Shown here: positions 12,791 to 28,708 of the stretch, in pieces
Layout: the number at the start of each line of letters is the position of its first letter
How positions within the stretch are numbered: position 1 is the stretch's first letter
Assembly: GCA_009914755.4 (NCBI GenBank)
Contig: CP086569.2
Coordinates: forward strand, 20,352,001 to 20,416,000
Length of the DNA stretch: 64,000 nt
From: the human T2T-CHM13v2.0 reference genome, Homo sapiens
Reading direction: 5' to 3'
Notes under the pieces: model-generated
Seen by the model: the letters and a program-made list of their open reading frames with translations, nothing else
Databases searched by the model: none
Told to the model about the DNA's origin: nothing
Program-made: the position numbers and the translations under genes

Positions 12791-13182
12791 TGTCACTGTT
12801 TACAATGGAATACACATAACTCCAGAGCCTGAGGATACTATTGTTTACTAAGCACCAATGTTAAAATGTTAACAAAGTTCTCTTGATAAGATATTGGTCA
12901 CCAGGGCACAGTGGCTCACAAATAGTGTAAGACTGTATCTTACTAAATATGACCATACACAAAGATCTCGAGTGACACTGATGATTTTCCTAATTCTACA
13001 TGAGAAGGGAGATTAACGGCTTTGTACAGTACACATTATATTCCCAAGAAGCCCTTGTAATGATCTGTTGAAGGATTCCTAGGACTCCTTCCCAAAGAAT
13101 TTAGTAAAAGAAACTTCTGTGCTTTGGGTTCTGGGGCCTTACTTACATTGGTGGTGTTCTGATGAGGATAATTTATACTATA

Positions 13183-13313
13183 CTGTACTGTACTATACTA
13201 TACTATACTATACTATACTATACTATACTATACTATACCATACTATACCATACTATACTATACTATACCATACCATACTATACTATACTATACCATACTA
13301 TACTATACTATAC
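13183..13313. repeat. Pentanucleotide microsatellite, (TACTA)n with TACCA variants, about 26 units
   Basis: tactatactatactatactataccatactatacca... seen directly. It lies in an intron of the pseudogene. Confidence 0.9.
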
Positions 13314-13490
13314 AACCAATTAATTAGCTGAGTATAATAAATCTTTAAAAAAAACCTATTTGCTACATCATGTAAAACTCTTGGGCATTTAGCACCCACT
13401 CACCCTCATCTACTTAAAAAGAGCTTTAAGTCCTGCTACTACCCACAAATCAGCTCAGCTAATTTTCAGTGACATAGCAGCCATGCTCAC

Positions 13491-13646
13491 CCCTGCAAAG
13501 ATGAAACTTGAATGTTTTAACAAGGTAAGAGGGGGTATCTGAAAATTTAAATTCAAACACATCACTGCAAGCCTCATTGTCATCATCCTGGTCCTCTGGT
13601 CCTGGGGGGTCTGCCAAAACATTGGATTCCCCTCCATTATCTGGTT
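13491..13646 (-). pseudogene. BCORP1: BCOR-like exon (acidic linker between ANK repeats and PUFD), with a 1-nt frameshift and a TAA nonsense codon
   Basis: Minus-strand acceptor ctgtttcttttctccattag| and donor CTTTGCAGGG|gtgagc. The translation [39 protein letters not shown]... parallels [43 protein letters not shown].... The tail only matches BCOR (LLPCYNIQVSVAQG) in a +1 frame and contains a stop ([15 protein letters not shown]). Confidence 0.7.
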
Positions 13647-13855
13647 CTAATGGAGAAAAGAAACAGACAAAGATGTTAGCAATAGCAGGATTTCAGCTGT
13701 CATCCAATGAAGAACTCTAAATAAAAATATAAAAATAGATTCTTTTCCAACAGAGTCTGTTTTATAGCATGCACAACCTATCCCCCGTCAACCACACCAA
13801 AGAAAAATGTCCTCTTCCTATTTTCCACTCAACTAAAAACAATAATATTGCTCAC

Positions 13856-13913
13856 CACAGACAGAGCTGCCGTAGAACTCCCAAGAGCTATTCAGCTTAC
13901 TGTCACTGCAACC
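13856..13913 (-). pseudogene. BCORP1: BCOR-like micro-exon (58 nt)
   Basis: Acceptor cctacag| and donor TCTGTCTGTG|gtgagc. It encodes [18 protein letters not shown], against BCOR ...ASGTWDFYGSSVC. It is in phase with the flanking exon homologues. Confidence 0.55.
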
Positions 13914-14524
13914 CTGTAGGTCATTTAAGTAATCTGGAGAGAGAGGGGAAAAAAAAGATCAACTTTTTAAAAAATGTTAAAATTAGTAATTCCAGCAAAG
14001 TTGCAGGATACTAAATCAACACACACAAAAAAACCAGTTACATTCCATACTAGTGTATGGAAGTAATCCATTTCCATACTGGTGTATAGAAATGTAGTCT
14101 AGTAATGCCTGGGGCTTGCATGATTAGTTCTTCACTCACTGAGCTACATAGACTATTCTAAATAACCTCTTCTGTGGGAAGTTTGAGGTTTCCATTATCC
14201 AGAATCAAGATGTAAAAATGTGAGTCATTATTTGTTTAAAAATGCTTGGTAGGAAATCCAAATAATTTGGGGAAATCTTTTACAGCATTAGGGTAAAAAT
14301 AGATCAAAGGAAATATAGAATCAACGGCTAATCACCAAAATAATTAGCTTCACTAGACTACTATATTCCACAATACAGAAAAGCCACATTGCTGCTGTTT
14401 TAAAGTCTCAAGCTTTTTAATTTGTACCTAGTAAAACTCAAATCTCAATAACCTGGTCTCCCTCTAATATTTGAATAAAGAACATATCTTGAACTTTGTT
14501 ATTCCTGTTCCGTAAAGTGACCCA

Positions 14525-14653
14525 CCTGTTAGAAACATTTCCATAACTTTGCTGTGGGTCATTTTCATAATGGTTCTGCCTGAGTAGGTGGCCAAAGTGG
14601 GGCCAGCGCCATAGGAAAGGAGGAGGCGGACAATTTCCAAACAATCATTTTCA
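14525..14653 (-). pseudogene. BCORP1: BCOR-like ankyrin-repeat exon
   Basis: Acceptor cctctccatggtgcag| and donor TAACAG|gtgggt. It encodes [42 protein letters not shown], essentially the BCOR ANK segment [42 protein letters not shown]. Confidence 0.75.
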
Positions 14654-16197
14654 ACTGCACCATGGAGAGGCCTAGTAAGAGATGTGCGGTGGGATTAAAC
14701 TCATGCACACTTGCTCATTTCTTGACTTTTCTTTAACAATAGGCAAAATTGGATACATGTGTACCATGTAAGCCTCGTAGACACAATATTCAACTCATGA
14801 GGAATGTAACTGCCATGTACAGATAGTGAAATTGAGACACAGTTACTGACCCATGATCAAATGACAAATTATTGTTATTATACACTTAATCCTTTTAACA
14901 GGACTCATGAAGGGACTATTTCAGCACTAACTCTCAAATGAAAAATCTATCTTAATCTGAGGCCTGAAAAACTGAAGACAGAATAAGTATTTAAAAAGTT
15001 TTGAAGGAAGTATGGACAGGATGTAAAAAGATAACTCAAAAAAAAGTTTACCATTATGAAACCTAATACAACAAACAACTGTTAAACAATTTAAAAAATG
15101 ACTGTTTGTTTATATAAAGAACCTGGGTGCAAAGATAAATGGTGAGTTTAGACTCTCCTAAAAGCCTGCCCTGGCACCTTTCACAGATCTGTGATCAAAC
15201 TTGTGGCTCAGAACCAGAGTTGTCAGGATCAGGATGAGATCTGAAAAAGTACAAAGTTCTCCCACCCATGTCTATTGGAAGGTGGAACACTGCCCACAGT
15301 GCCCTCCTGATGGAATGCTGTTTGGAATCTGTGAAAAAACAAAATACGTTTTAGGTTTTTTTTTCTTTTTTTTTTTAACTATTAGCAAACCCTAATACCC
15401 AACCCTCAAGCAGCCACCACATTTACACCACCAGAGGATTCCACAACTGACAAATCTTGGTTTCTCACCAATAAACTAAGGTCAAAGGCAGGATGAAGGC
15501 CAGATCTGGGGATGTGGATGGTGATAACAGGTCCTTCTGAACCAGCTGTGGGATATTTGTACTCTCAGGACTTAAAACTCAAATATACATTTTGAATATA
15601 GTCACAATAAAGAGTCCAGAGTCTTATAAGGCAGTATCACTAATTATTTGTCACTAATTATTGACATTTTCAGGGGCTTTTGCCCCTGGGAACATTAAAG
15701 AACAGTCCAACATTCCATGCTCTCACCACTTACCAACTGAGGGAAAGATATAAACATACATATACAGGAATAGGAAGAAATAAGGCTCCAAATGCTATCC
15801 AATGGACAAGAAAAGCCCTGAAAGTGAAGGCTGAAGGCAATGAGGAGTTTGAGCTTGGTCTCACTGGGAGACCATACATGAGGTATGAAGAAAGATTGTG
15901 AAGCTTCACAAGACCTCATGAAGCAGAAAACTTCTTCAGTTGGGCGATGAAGAAAAGTGCCAATTCAAGGAAAAAGTGATCAAAATAATAATATCACTAC
16001 CCTATCCCAACCAAATGCTATTTGTATTCTTACTTTTGAGTACAAGAATGACTTGGTCACTGACTTTTGGAAAGAAAAAAAATTAAAAAGAAAATTAGAG
16101 AAAAAATGGTTGTTTTTTTTGAAAACAACACTACTATAAAACCACAACAAGAAAACTAACGTGACCCTAACACTGAAATAAACCATATCTGGTGCAG

Positions 16198-16200
<3 letters not shown>

Positions 16201-16237
<37 letters not shown>
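16201..16237. repeat. (AC)n dinucleotide microsatellite, about 18 units
   Basis: acacacac... run seen directly. Confidence 0.95.
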
Positions 16238-16239
<2 letters not shown>

Positions 16240-16319
16240 CACAGACATACACATATACATATATACACCATAACTTAAAAATCAGAATCAATCCTACAAG
16301 GGTAACCACAAGAGTTTTG

Positions 16320-16635
16320 TTTGTTTGTTTATTTTGAGACTGTGTCTCAACTCTGTCTGCCAGGCTGGAGTGCAATGGCACAATCATGGTTCACTGCAGC
16401 CTCAACCTCACTGGGCTAGGGTGATCCTCTCACATGTCTCCTGAGTAGCTGAGTAGCTGAGATTACAGGCATGTGCCACCATTCCCAGTTGTTTTTTTTT
16501 TTTTTTTTTTTTTTTGTAGAAACAGGGTTTCACCATGTCATCCAAGCTGGTCTCAAACTCCTAGGCTCAAGTGATCCTGCTGCTTTGGCCTCTCAAGCTG
16601 CTGGGATTACAGGCATGAGCCACCGCATCCAGCCC
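16320..16635 (-). mobile_element. Alu element, minus strand, with an unusually long internal T-run (A-rich linker) and a 5' T-rich tail
   Basis: ttttgagactgtgtctcaactctgtctgccaggctggagtgcaatggc...(t)22...tgtagaaacagggtttcaccatgtcatccaagctggtctcaaactcc...gattacaggcatgagccaccgcatccagcc. Confidence 0.9.
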
Positions 16636-17160
16636 CATGTGTAGTTCTTTTTTCAGTATTATCATTCCAACAATGTAGAGATTATAGTAATAACATGGTA
16701 GAGTAGCAGTGTTGAAGAAGAGTAACTAAAATGAGGCTGAACATTTACGAAGGATATATCCTAACTCTTGTTAAATTTGAAACACTAATTTTTTTATTTG
16801 TGGAAAAAATATATGTAATGTACATTTATCATCTTAACCATTTTTAAGTGTTCAGTTCATGGTCATTAACTCTTTCACATTATTGTGCAACCATCACCAT
16901 CATTCATCTAAAGGACTTTCAACAGGCTCTGTACCCATTAAACAGTAACCCCATTAACCTTTCCTACAAACCCAGGCACCCACCATTCTACTGTCAGTGT
17001 CTATGATTTTGACTTCTCTTAGCATGTCACGAGTGGAATAATAAAGTATTTGTCATTTTACAACATGCATATTTCACTTAGCATAAATGAACGTCCTCAA
17101 GGTTCATCCATGTTACAGCATATGTCAGAAATTCCTTCCTTTTAAAAAGAAATAATATTC

Positions 17161-17418
17161 GGGCTGGGTATGGTGGCTCACTCCCATAATCCCAGCACTT
17201 TGGGAAGCCGAGGTGGGCAGATCATGAGGTCAGGGGTTCGAGACCAGCCGGACCAACATGGTGAAACCTCGTCTGTCCTAAAAATACAAAAATTAGCTAG
17301 GCATGGTGGTGTGTGCCTGTAGTCCCACTACTTGGGAGGCTGAGGCAGGAGAATCACTTGAACCCAGGAGGCAGAAGATGCAGTGAGCTGAGATCGTGCC
17401 ACTGTACTCTGGCCTGGA
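17161..17418 (+). mobile_element. Alu element lacking a poly(A) tail, fused directly to an L1 3' UTR fragment
   Basis: gggctgggtatggtggctcactcccataatcccagcactttgggaagccgaggtgggcagatcatgaggtcagg...actctggcctggaca. Confidence 0.85.
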
Positions 17419-17665
17419 CAGCTCTGTGCAATTGAACAATGAGAACACATGGGCACAGGAAGGGGAACATCACACTCTGGGGACTGCTGTGGAGTGGGGG
17501 GACGGGGGAGGGATAGCATTGGGAGATATACCTAATGCTAGATGATGAGTTAGTGGGTGCAGCGCACCAGCATGGCACATGTATACGTATGTAACTAACC
17601 TGCACAATGTGCACATGTACCCTAAAACTTAAAGTATAATAATAAAAAATAAAAAAAAGAAAAAC
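17419..17665 (+). mobile_element. L1 (young L1PA-type) 3' UTR terminal fragment of about 240 bp with a poly(A) tail
   Basis: ttgaacaatgagaacacatggg...ggagggatagcattgggagatatacctaatgctagatgatgagttagtgggtgcagcgcaccagcatggcacatgtatacgtatgtaactaacctgcacaatgtgcacatgtaccctaaaacttaaagtataataataaaaaat. Confidence 0.85.
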
Positions 17666-17833
17666 AATTTAAGAAAATTTTAAGTAAAGTTTATAATGTT
17701 TTTGTTATTGAATTTTATGTAATTAATTTGTTTTGACTTTGACTAGTAGTTTATAAATTTATTAGTTTTTTTTATTAGAGTTTTGAAAGTTTTTATTTGG
17801 CTTTTTGAACAAGTTATTAGAAAGTTGTGTTTA

Positions 17834-18144
<311 letters not shown>

Positions 18145-18229
18145 ATAATATTTGCTGTATTTATATTAATGGCAAATAAAACAAAAATTTCTTTGCCTGC
18201 TTCTTTCCTGCCAGACCACTAATTTCTAA

Positions 18230-19510
18230 CAAGACACCAATAACACACACTGGGGAAAGGACACCCAGTTTACTAAATGGGGCTGGGGAAACTGGATGTC
18301 CATATGAAGAATGAAACTAGATCACAAAACCTCAACAGATAACAATATCAACTCAAATAACAGACTTAAATTTAAGACCCAAAATATAAATGTACTAGAA
18401 AAAAGCAGGAAATGCTTCAGGACATTGGTCTAGGCCAAGATTTTATGTCTAAGACTTCAAAAGCATGGATAACACAAACAAAAATAGGGAAATTGAACTC
18501 TGCAAAACAAACAATCAACAGGAGTGAAGAGACAATCTATAAAATGGCACAATATATTTGCAAACTGTTCATCCAATAAGGGACTAATATATAAGGAACT
18601 AAGCTCAACAGCAAAAAAAAAATGACATTAAAAGGTAGGCAAAGGATCTGAATAGGCAGTTCTCAAATGAAGACATATAAATGGCCATCATATATATGTA
18701 AAAATGTTCAACATCACTAATCATCACAGAAATACAATTCAAAACCACTGTGAGTTACCATATTACACTAGTCAGAATGGATATTACTAAACAAGACAAA
18801 AAAATAAATTCTGCCAAGGATTTGGAGAAAAGGTTGATTTACAAACTCTTGGGATGTAAATTAGTACAGCCAATATGGAAAACAATATGGAGGTCTCTTT
18901 AAAAACTAAAATTAGAACCACAATATAATCCAGCAATCTGACTAGACAGTCTCTATCAAAGAAAAATAAAAAAGTAAATCCCGATAGGTAAACATGGAAT
19001 TGGCCTAAATGCCGACAGTGAATGAAAGGACAAAGAAAATGTGGTATACATACACAACAGAATATTTTAAGCCATATAAATGAATGAAATGCTGTCACTT
19101 GCAACAACCTGGATGGAATTGAAGGTCATTATGTGAAGTAAAATAAGTCAAGCATAGCAAAAGAAATATCACCTATTCTCACTCATATGTAGGAAAAGTT
19201 GATGTCATGAAGGTAGAGTGTAAGATGATAGTCTCCAGAAGCTTGGAAGTGGGTGTAGGTGTGGGCAAGATAAACAGGGGTTGGTTAATTTACGGTACAA
19301 ATATACAGGCATATCAAAAGAATATGATCTAATGTTTAATACCAGAAAAGGGAGACTACAATTAACAAGAGTATGGTATATTTCAAAATATCTAGAAGAT
19401 AAGGTATGAAATATTCCCAAAACAAAAATAGTAAATGTTTGAAGTAACGCATATCCTAAATAGCCTGACTGGATCATTACAAATTGTATGGATGTATCAA
19501 AATATCACAT
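18230..19510 (+). mobile_element. Ancient L1 (L1M-type) 3' region
   Basis: Diverged L1 ORF2 C-terminal and 3' UTR (caaaaccactgtgagttaccatattacactagtcagaatgg; atgtggtatacatacacaacagaatattttaagccataaaa). It ends in an A/T-rich tail near 19950 after an Alu insertion. Confidence 0.7.
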
Positions 19511-19514
19511 ATAG

Positions 19515-19830
19515 GCAGGGAACGGTGGCTTGTGCTTGTAATCCCAGCACTTTGAGAGGCTGAGACAGGCAGATCACTTGAAGTCATGAGTTCGAGAGCA
19601 GCCTGGGCAACATGGCGAAATCGTGTATCTACAAAAAAACAAAAATTAGCTGGGTGTGGTGGTACATGCCTGTGGTCCCAGCTACTCAGGAATCTGAAGT
19701 AGAAGGATCACTTGAGCCCAGGAGGCAGAGGTTGTAATAAGCTGAGATCGCACCACTGCACTCTAGCCTAGGTGACAGAGCAAGACCTTGCCTAAAACAA
19801 AAAAAAAGAAAAAAAAACAGAAAAGAAAGA
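19515..19830 (+). mobile_element. Alu element with an A-rich tail
   Basis: ggcagggaacggtggcttgtgcttgtaatcccagcactttgagaggctgagacaggcagatcacttgaag...ccactgcactctagcctaggtgacagagcaagacc. Confidence 0.9.
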
Positions 19831-20854
19831 AATCATCACATATGTGATATACATACACGATAGAATATATACCCCAGAAATATGTACAATTATTATGTGT
19901 CAAAAAGAGTTCTTTAACTAAAAACTTGTGATCTATTTAAATTACATGTTGCAAATTCACTTAATATCTGAAAAAGTTACTATTTTTCTAACCATCCAAG
20001 TTGCAGTCTAGAAACTTTAATTATCCAAATACCAGAAATCTAAAGCAACGATGACAGCCATCCTTACATAAACAATCTCAAAATCACCTGTGCCATCAAA
20101 GGCTTTGGGGCCTAAAGATGTATAGATGTGGAATTTGTTGAAGCTGTTGATTGGTACAGGCGTCACATCCATCAGTTCTATAAAAACAACCAAAACTGAA
20201 ACTGTTCCTAGGTTATTACCTATCCAAGCCATTTAACACTTCTGGGAGTTAGTTTCCTCATATGAAAACAGTGATAATAGCTGGCAAAGATGATGACAGA
20301 GTAAAATGAGTTAGTTCAGATCATGTGAGCTTAGAAAGAGCACACAGCCCAGTGCTCAGTTGACATAAGTCAACACTGTCATCATGCATCTTGGGAGGAG
20401 TATGGGTGTAGGGGGCAGGAGTGAGAGGGTGATGAAGGAGCAGTGACTTGGGGAGAAACCCTAAGTCTGAATTCTTCCTCCAGTACTCAGCCCCAGGGCC
20501 ACCTTAACCCTCTCTCAGAAAGAGACCACTCAGGTCTGCTCCACACCCTCACATTTGAACACCTGTGCCCAACCTGCATTGCCACTTCCTGCCTGCTCTC
20601 CACACAGGGCCACCATAGCACAAGCAACACCATATAGAGCTAATAACATCTCTTCCTCTTGCTAATCAGAATCCAAAAGGGCCCATTAAATTTCCCCAAG
20701 TCACCAAGCCCTGAATTTTTTCAAGTTTTATAGCAGAAATAAGTAAACCAGACTGGAGGAAGCTGGAGCAACCTGCCTGACTGCTTGCCCGTTTGCACAC
20801 TGTGACTGCAAAAGCCACCAAATAGCAGGGAGACTGGGGCTAACACAGACATGC

Positions 20855-20935
20855 TAGTCCCCTGATGTGAAGGGGCTAAGCTCTGCTCTCCAAGTCCCCT
20901 GATGTGAAGGGGCTGAGCTCTGCTCTTCAAGTACC
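20855..20935. repeat. Tandem duplication of about 34 bp (cccctgatgtgaaggggctaagctctgctct.caagt)
   Basis: Two adjacent near-identical copies, seen directly. Confidence 0.8.
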
Positions 20936-21019
20936 TCCCACTATCCCATCCCAGCTAGCAAGCCCTGCTTTCCAGCTGGAAGCAGCAGCTGCTCTAGGAG
21001 TGCTCACCAGGACACTCAC

Positions 21020-21260
21020 CTCATAGCCAAGCCATGCTGCCTGCTGCAGGAGAGTCTCACCAGCATGCCTATCGACAATAATTCTCCTTGCTCTCAGCTG
21101 CACTGGGCGAGATTGGTTGGTTTCCTGAGGGGAACATGAGTGTGGCAGCTTCATGGACTGGGAAGCTGGTAGCAACTCTTGCAAGCAGTTGAAGGGCTTC
21201 ATCTCCTGCTTGGATGAAGTCAGATCATAGTTGGAACTGGGTTCAAGTTGCTTTCTGAAT
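21020..21260 (-). pseudogene. BCORP1: BCOR-like exon (pre-ANK region)
   Basis: Acceptor ctgtcccaag| and a consensus donor GAG|gtgagt. It encodes (I)[80 protein letters not shown], against BCOR [52 protein letters not shown]...[24 protein letters not shown]. Confidence 0.75.
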
Positions 21261-21630
21261 CTTGGGACAGTTGACTAAGACAAAACGAATTAGTATACAC
21301 AGTTAAGATTAAGACTACATCCTTTCCACATCCACTGCTTCCCCTCCTCCTTCCTGTAAGACAAACCTGCATGGGGAAGGCAGTTTCCTTTCCTTCCTGG
21401 GAGGTGGAATATCAAAGGAAAAGTGTTACAGACTGGGGTATGAACTTAAATTTTAATAGTTTCCAATTTTATCACCATCAAGGAAGACTTCCCCTCTAAG
21501 ACAGGGAAGTTAGGAGTCCAGTAAAAGAAAGGCTTTACATCCTTGAGAAAAGCAGGTAGGTGGGGAATGTTGGGGTGAGGGGAAATAGCCTCTATATAAG
21601 CCCAAGGAGAAAACAAGTGCCAAGAGGTAT

Positions 21631-21956
21631 CTTGCCATCAGCATTCTCAACGTAGCACTTCCCTGTTAGTAGGAACCCCTGCCTCAGGTCCTGAGATATC
21701 AAGTGCTTGGTTTTGCATTGTCTCTTCCCAGATGGCTTCTCACTGTTATTGGTGTATTTCTGCAGCAGGGAGGCAGCAGGGCACTCCTCTTCCTTGTCTG
21801 TGCACAGCATGTCTGTCTTAATGCTCTCATTAACTTTCTGCTGCTTATCAGGCAGCCTCAACAATGGTATGCAGCTTGAGTGAGTCGGCTTTTGGCTGCT
21901 TGCATTGTTGGATAAAACCTTATTCTTCGGTGGAGGGCCTGAGAACAGAGACAAGG
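21631..21956 (-). pseudogene. BCORP1: BCOR-like exon; the donor dinucleotide is apparently mutated (AAG|at)
   Basis: Acceptor ccatctatatttag|CC. It encodes [108 protein letters not shown], against BCOR LPVFSGSPPMKS...[73 protein letters not shown]. The expected GT after ...GGCAAG is AT here. Confidence 0.7.
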
Positions 21957-22062
21957 CTAAATATAGATGGTGCAGCATGGTGGCAGAATAGCTAACAGGA
22001 AAGAGACATGGGGAAAAGGGCAAAAAAAAGGAGTCATTACATAGTTGTAGCCCATGCAGAAA

Positions 22063-22077
22063 GAAAATCCCACTGTT
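22063..22077. repeat. Target-site duplication (gaaaatcccactgtt) at the 3' flank of the full-length L1
   Basis: The same 15 bp recurs at 28243-28257. Confidence 0.85.
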
Positions 22078-22293
22078 TTTTTTTATTATTATTATACTTT
22101 AAGTTTTAGGGTACATGTGCACAACGTGAGGATTGTTACATATGTATACATGTGCCATGTTGGTGTGCTGCACCCATTAACTCGTCATTTACATTATGTA
22201 TATCTCCTAATGCTATCCCTCCCCACTCCCCCCACGCCACAACAGTCCCCGGTGTGTGATGTTCCCCTTCCTGTGTCCATGTGTTCTCATTGT

Positions 22294-26130
<3,837 letters not shown>

Positions 26131-26199
26131 TCCTGTCGTTGTGATGTTAGCTGGTTATTTTGCTTGTTAGTTGATGCAGTTTCTTCCTAGCCTTGATGG

Positions 26200-27210
26200 T
26201 CTTCACAATTTGTCATGTTTTTATAGTGGCTGATACCAGTTGTTCCTTTCCATGTTTAGTGCTTGCTTCAGGAGCTCTTTTAGGGCAGGTCTGGTGGTGA
26301 CAAAATCTCTCAGCATTTGCTTATATGTAAAGGATGTTATTTCTCCTTCCTTATGAAGCTTAGTTTGGCTGGATATGAAATTCTGGGTTGAAAATTCTTT
26401 TCTTTAAGAATGTTGAAAATTGGCCCCCACTCTCTTCTGGCTTGTAGAGTTTCTGCTGAAACATCAGCTGTTAGTCTGATGGGTTTCCCTTTGTGGGTAA
26501 CCCAACCTTTCTCTCTGGCTGCCCTTAACATATTTTCCTTCATTTCAACTTTGGTGAATCTGACAATTATGTGTCTTCGAGTTGCTCTTCTCAAGGAGTA
26601 TCTTTGTGGCATTCTCTATATTTCCTGAATTTGAATGTTGGCCTGCCTTGCTAGATTGGGGAAGTTCTCCTGGATAATATCATGCAGAGTGTTTTCCAAC
26701 TTGGTTCCATTCTCCCCATCACTTTCAGGTACACCAATCAAATGTAGATTTGGTCTTTTCACATAGTCCCATATTTCTTGGAGGCTTTGTTCATTTCTTT
26801 TTATTCTTTTTTCTCTAAACTTCTCTTCTCACTTCATTTCATTCATTTGATCTTCCATCACTGATACCCTTTCTTCCAGTTGATCGAGTCAGCTACTGAG
26901 GCTTGTGCATTCATCACGTAGTTCTCGTGCCATAGTTTTCATCTCCAACAGGTTCTTTAAGGACTTCTCTGCATTGGTTGATCTAGTTAGCCATTTGTCT
27001 AATCTTTTTTGAAGGTTTTTAACTTCTTTATCATGGGTTCGAACTTCCTCCTTTAGCTCGGCAAAGTTTGATCATCTGAAGTCTTCTTCTCTCAACTCAT
27101 CAGAATCATTCTCCGTCCAGCTTTGTTCCATTGCTGGTAAGGAGCTGCCTTCCTTTGGAGGGGAGAGGTGCTCTGATCTTTAGAATTTTCAGTTTTTCTG
27201 CTCTGTTTTT
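26200..27210 (-). pseudogene. L1 ORF1 remnant
   Basis: The 91-aa ORF at 26337-26612 (MPQRYSLRRATRRHIIVRFTKVEMKENMLRAAREKGWVTHKGKPIRLTADVSAETLQARREWGPIFNILKEKNFQPRISYPAKLSFIRKEK) is L1 ORF1p C-terminal sequence. Confidence 0.8.
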
Positions 27211-28242
27211 TCCCCATCTTTGTGGTTTTATCTACCTTTGGTCTTGGTGACAGTGACATACAGATGGAGTTTTTGTGTGGATGTCCTTTCTGTTTGTTAG
27301 TTTTCCTTCTAACAGTCAGGACCCTCAGCTATAGGTCTGTTGGAGTTTGCCAGAGGCCCATTCCAGACCCTGTTTGCCTGGGTATCAGCAGTGGAGGCTG
27401 CAGAGCAGTGAATACTGGTGAATAGCAAATGTTGCTGTCTGATCATTCCTCTGGAAGTTTTGTTTCAGAGGGGTACCCACCCATGTGAGGTGTCAGTCTG
27501 TCTCTACTAGGGGGTGCCTCCCAGTTAGGCTACTCAGGGGTCAGGGACCCACTTGAGGAGGCAGTCTGTCCATTCACAGATCTCAAGCTGCATGCTAGGA
27601 GAAACACTACTGTCTTCCAAACTGTCAGACAGGGACATTTAAGTCTGCAGAGGTTTCTGCTGCCTTTTGTTTGGCTATGCCCTGCCCCTGGAGGTGGAGT
27701 CTACAGAGGCAGGCAGGCCTCTTTGAGGTACAGTGGGCTCCACCCAGTTTGAGCTTCCCGCTGCTTTGTTTACCTATCAAGCCTTGGCAATGGCGGGCAC
27801 CCATCCCCTAGCCTCGCTGCTGCCTTGCAGTTTGATCTCAGACTGCTGTGCTAGCAATGAGCGAGGTTCCGTTGGCATAGGACCCTCTGAGCCAGGTGTG
27901 GGATATAACCTCTTGGTGTCCCATTTGCTAAGACCATTGGAAAAGTGCAGTATTCAGGTGGGAATGGCCCGATTTTCCAGGTGCCATCTGTCACCCCTTT
28001 CCTTCGCTAGAAAAGGGAATTCCCTGACCCCTTGTGCTTCCTGGGTGAGGCAATGCCTTGCCCTACTTTGGCTCATGCTCGGTGTGCTGCACCCACTGTC
28101 CTGCACCCACTGTCCAACAGTCCCCAGTGAGATGAACCCGGTACCTCAGTTGGAAATGCAGAAATCACCCATCTTCTGTGTCGCTCATGCTGGGAGCTGT
28201 AGACTGGAGCTGTTCCTATTCAGCCATCTTGGACAATATTTC

Positions 28243-28257
28243 GAAAATCCCACTGTT
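28243..28257. repeat. Target-site duplication (gaaaatcccactgtt) at the 5' flank of the full-length L1
   Basis: Identical to 22063-22077. Confidence 0.85.
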
Positions 28258-28468
28258 AACTCTTACTTTGGAGCAACTTCAATTTTAAAATTAAGTTTTC
28301 AGACATAATTATCCCTCATTTAAATGGAAAATAGGTTAACACATCAAACTGCAAGTAACAATTTTCTGCAAAGTGCTCAGACAAGAGAACAGAGCACTCT
28401 CGTACCAACTCTCTCTGTACATTCCACAAGGAAGTGGGTAGGGTAGTCAAGAAGTGGCCTCTGCATAC

Positions 28469-28708
28469 CTTCTTCGTTGTCACTGGGTTTAAGAAATTCT
28501 TCCAACCAGCTTCTGTTGCCTTTGACCTCTGCCCTTTTCTTGCTGAGTTTCTCTTTCATGATATCACAATCCCAGGCAGTGACCTCAGGCTGGACTGTCT
28601 GGGTCACTTCCTTCCTGCCTTGCAGACTAGGTTTGTTCTCTGCTGCCAACACCTGCTGCTCCTACTGTTCTCTAAGGTGCATCAAATGGTGTTTCTTAGG
28701 ATGTAGCC
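28469..28708 (-). pseudogene. BCORP1: BCOR-like exon with a TGG-to-TAG nonsense codon
   Basis: Acceptor tacatttacag| and donor GAAGAAG|gtatgc. It encodes [78 protein letters not shown], against BCOR [80 protein letters not shown]. Confidence 0.75.

Noticed and set aside
27733-28308. 191-aa plus-strand ORF
   Set aside because: It runs antisense through the L1 5' UTR, the region where L1 ORF0 lies, and I did not compare it with ORF0. It is repeat-derived and not a host gene. It is mentioned under the L1 finding only.
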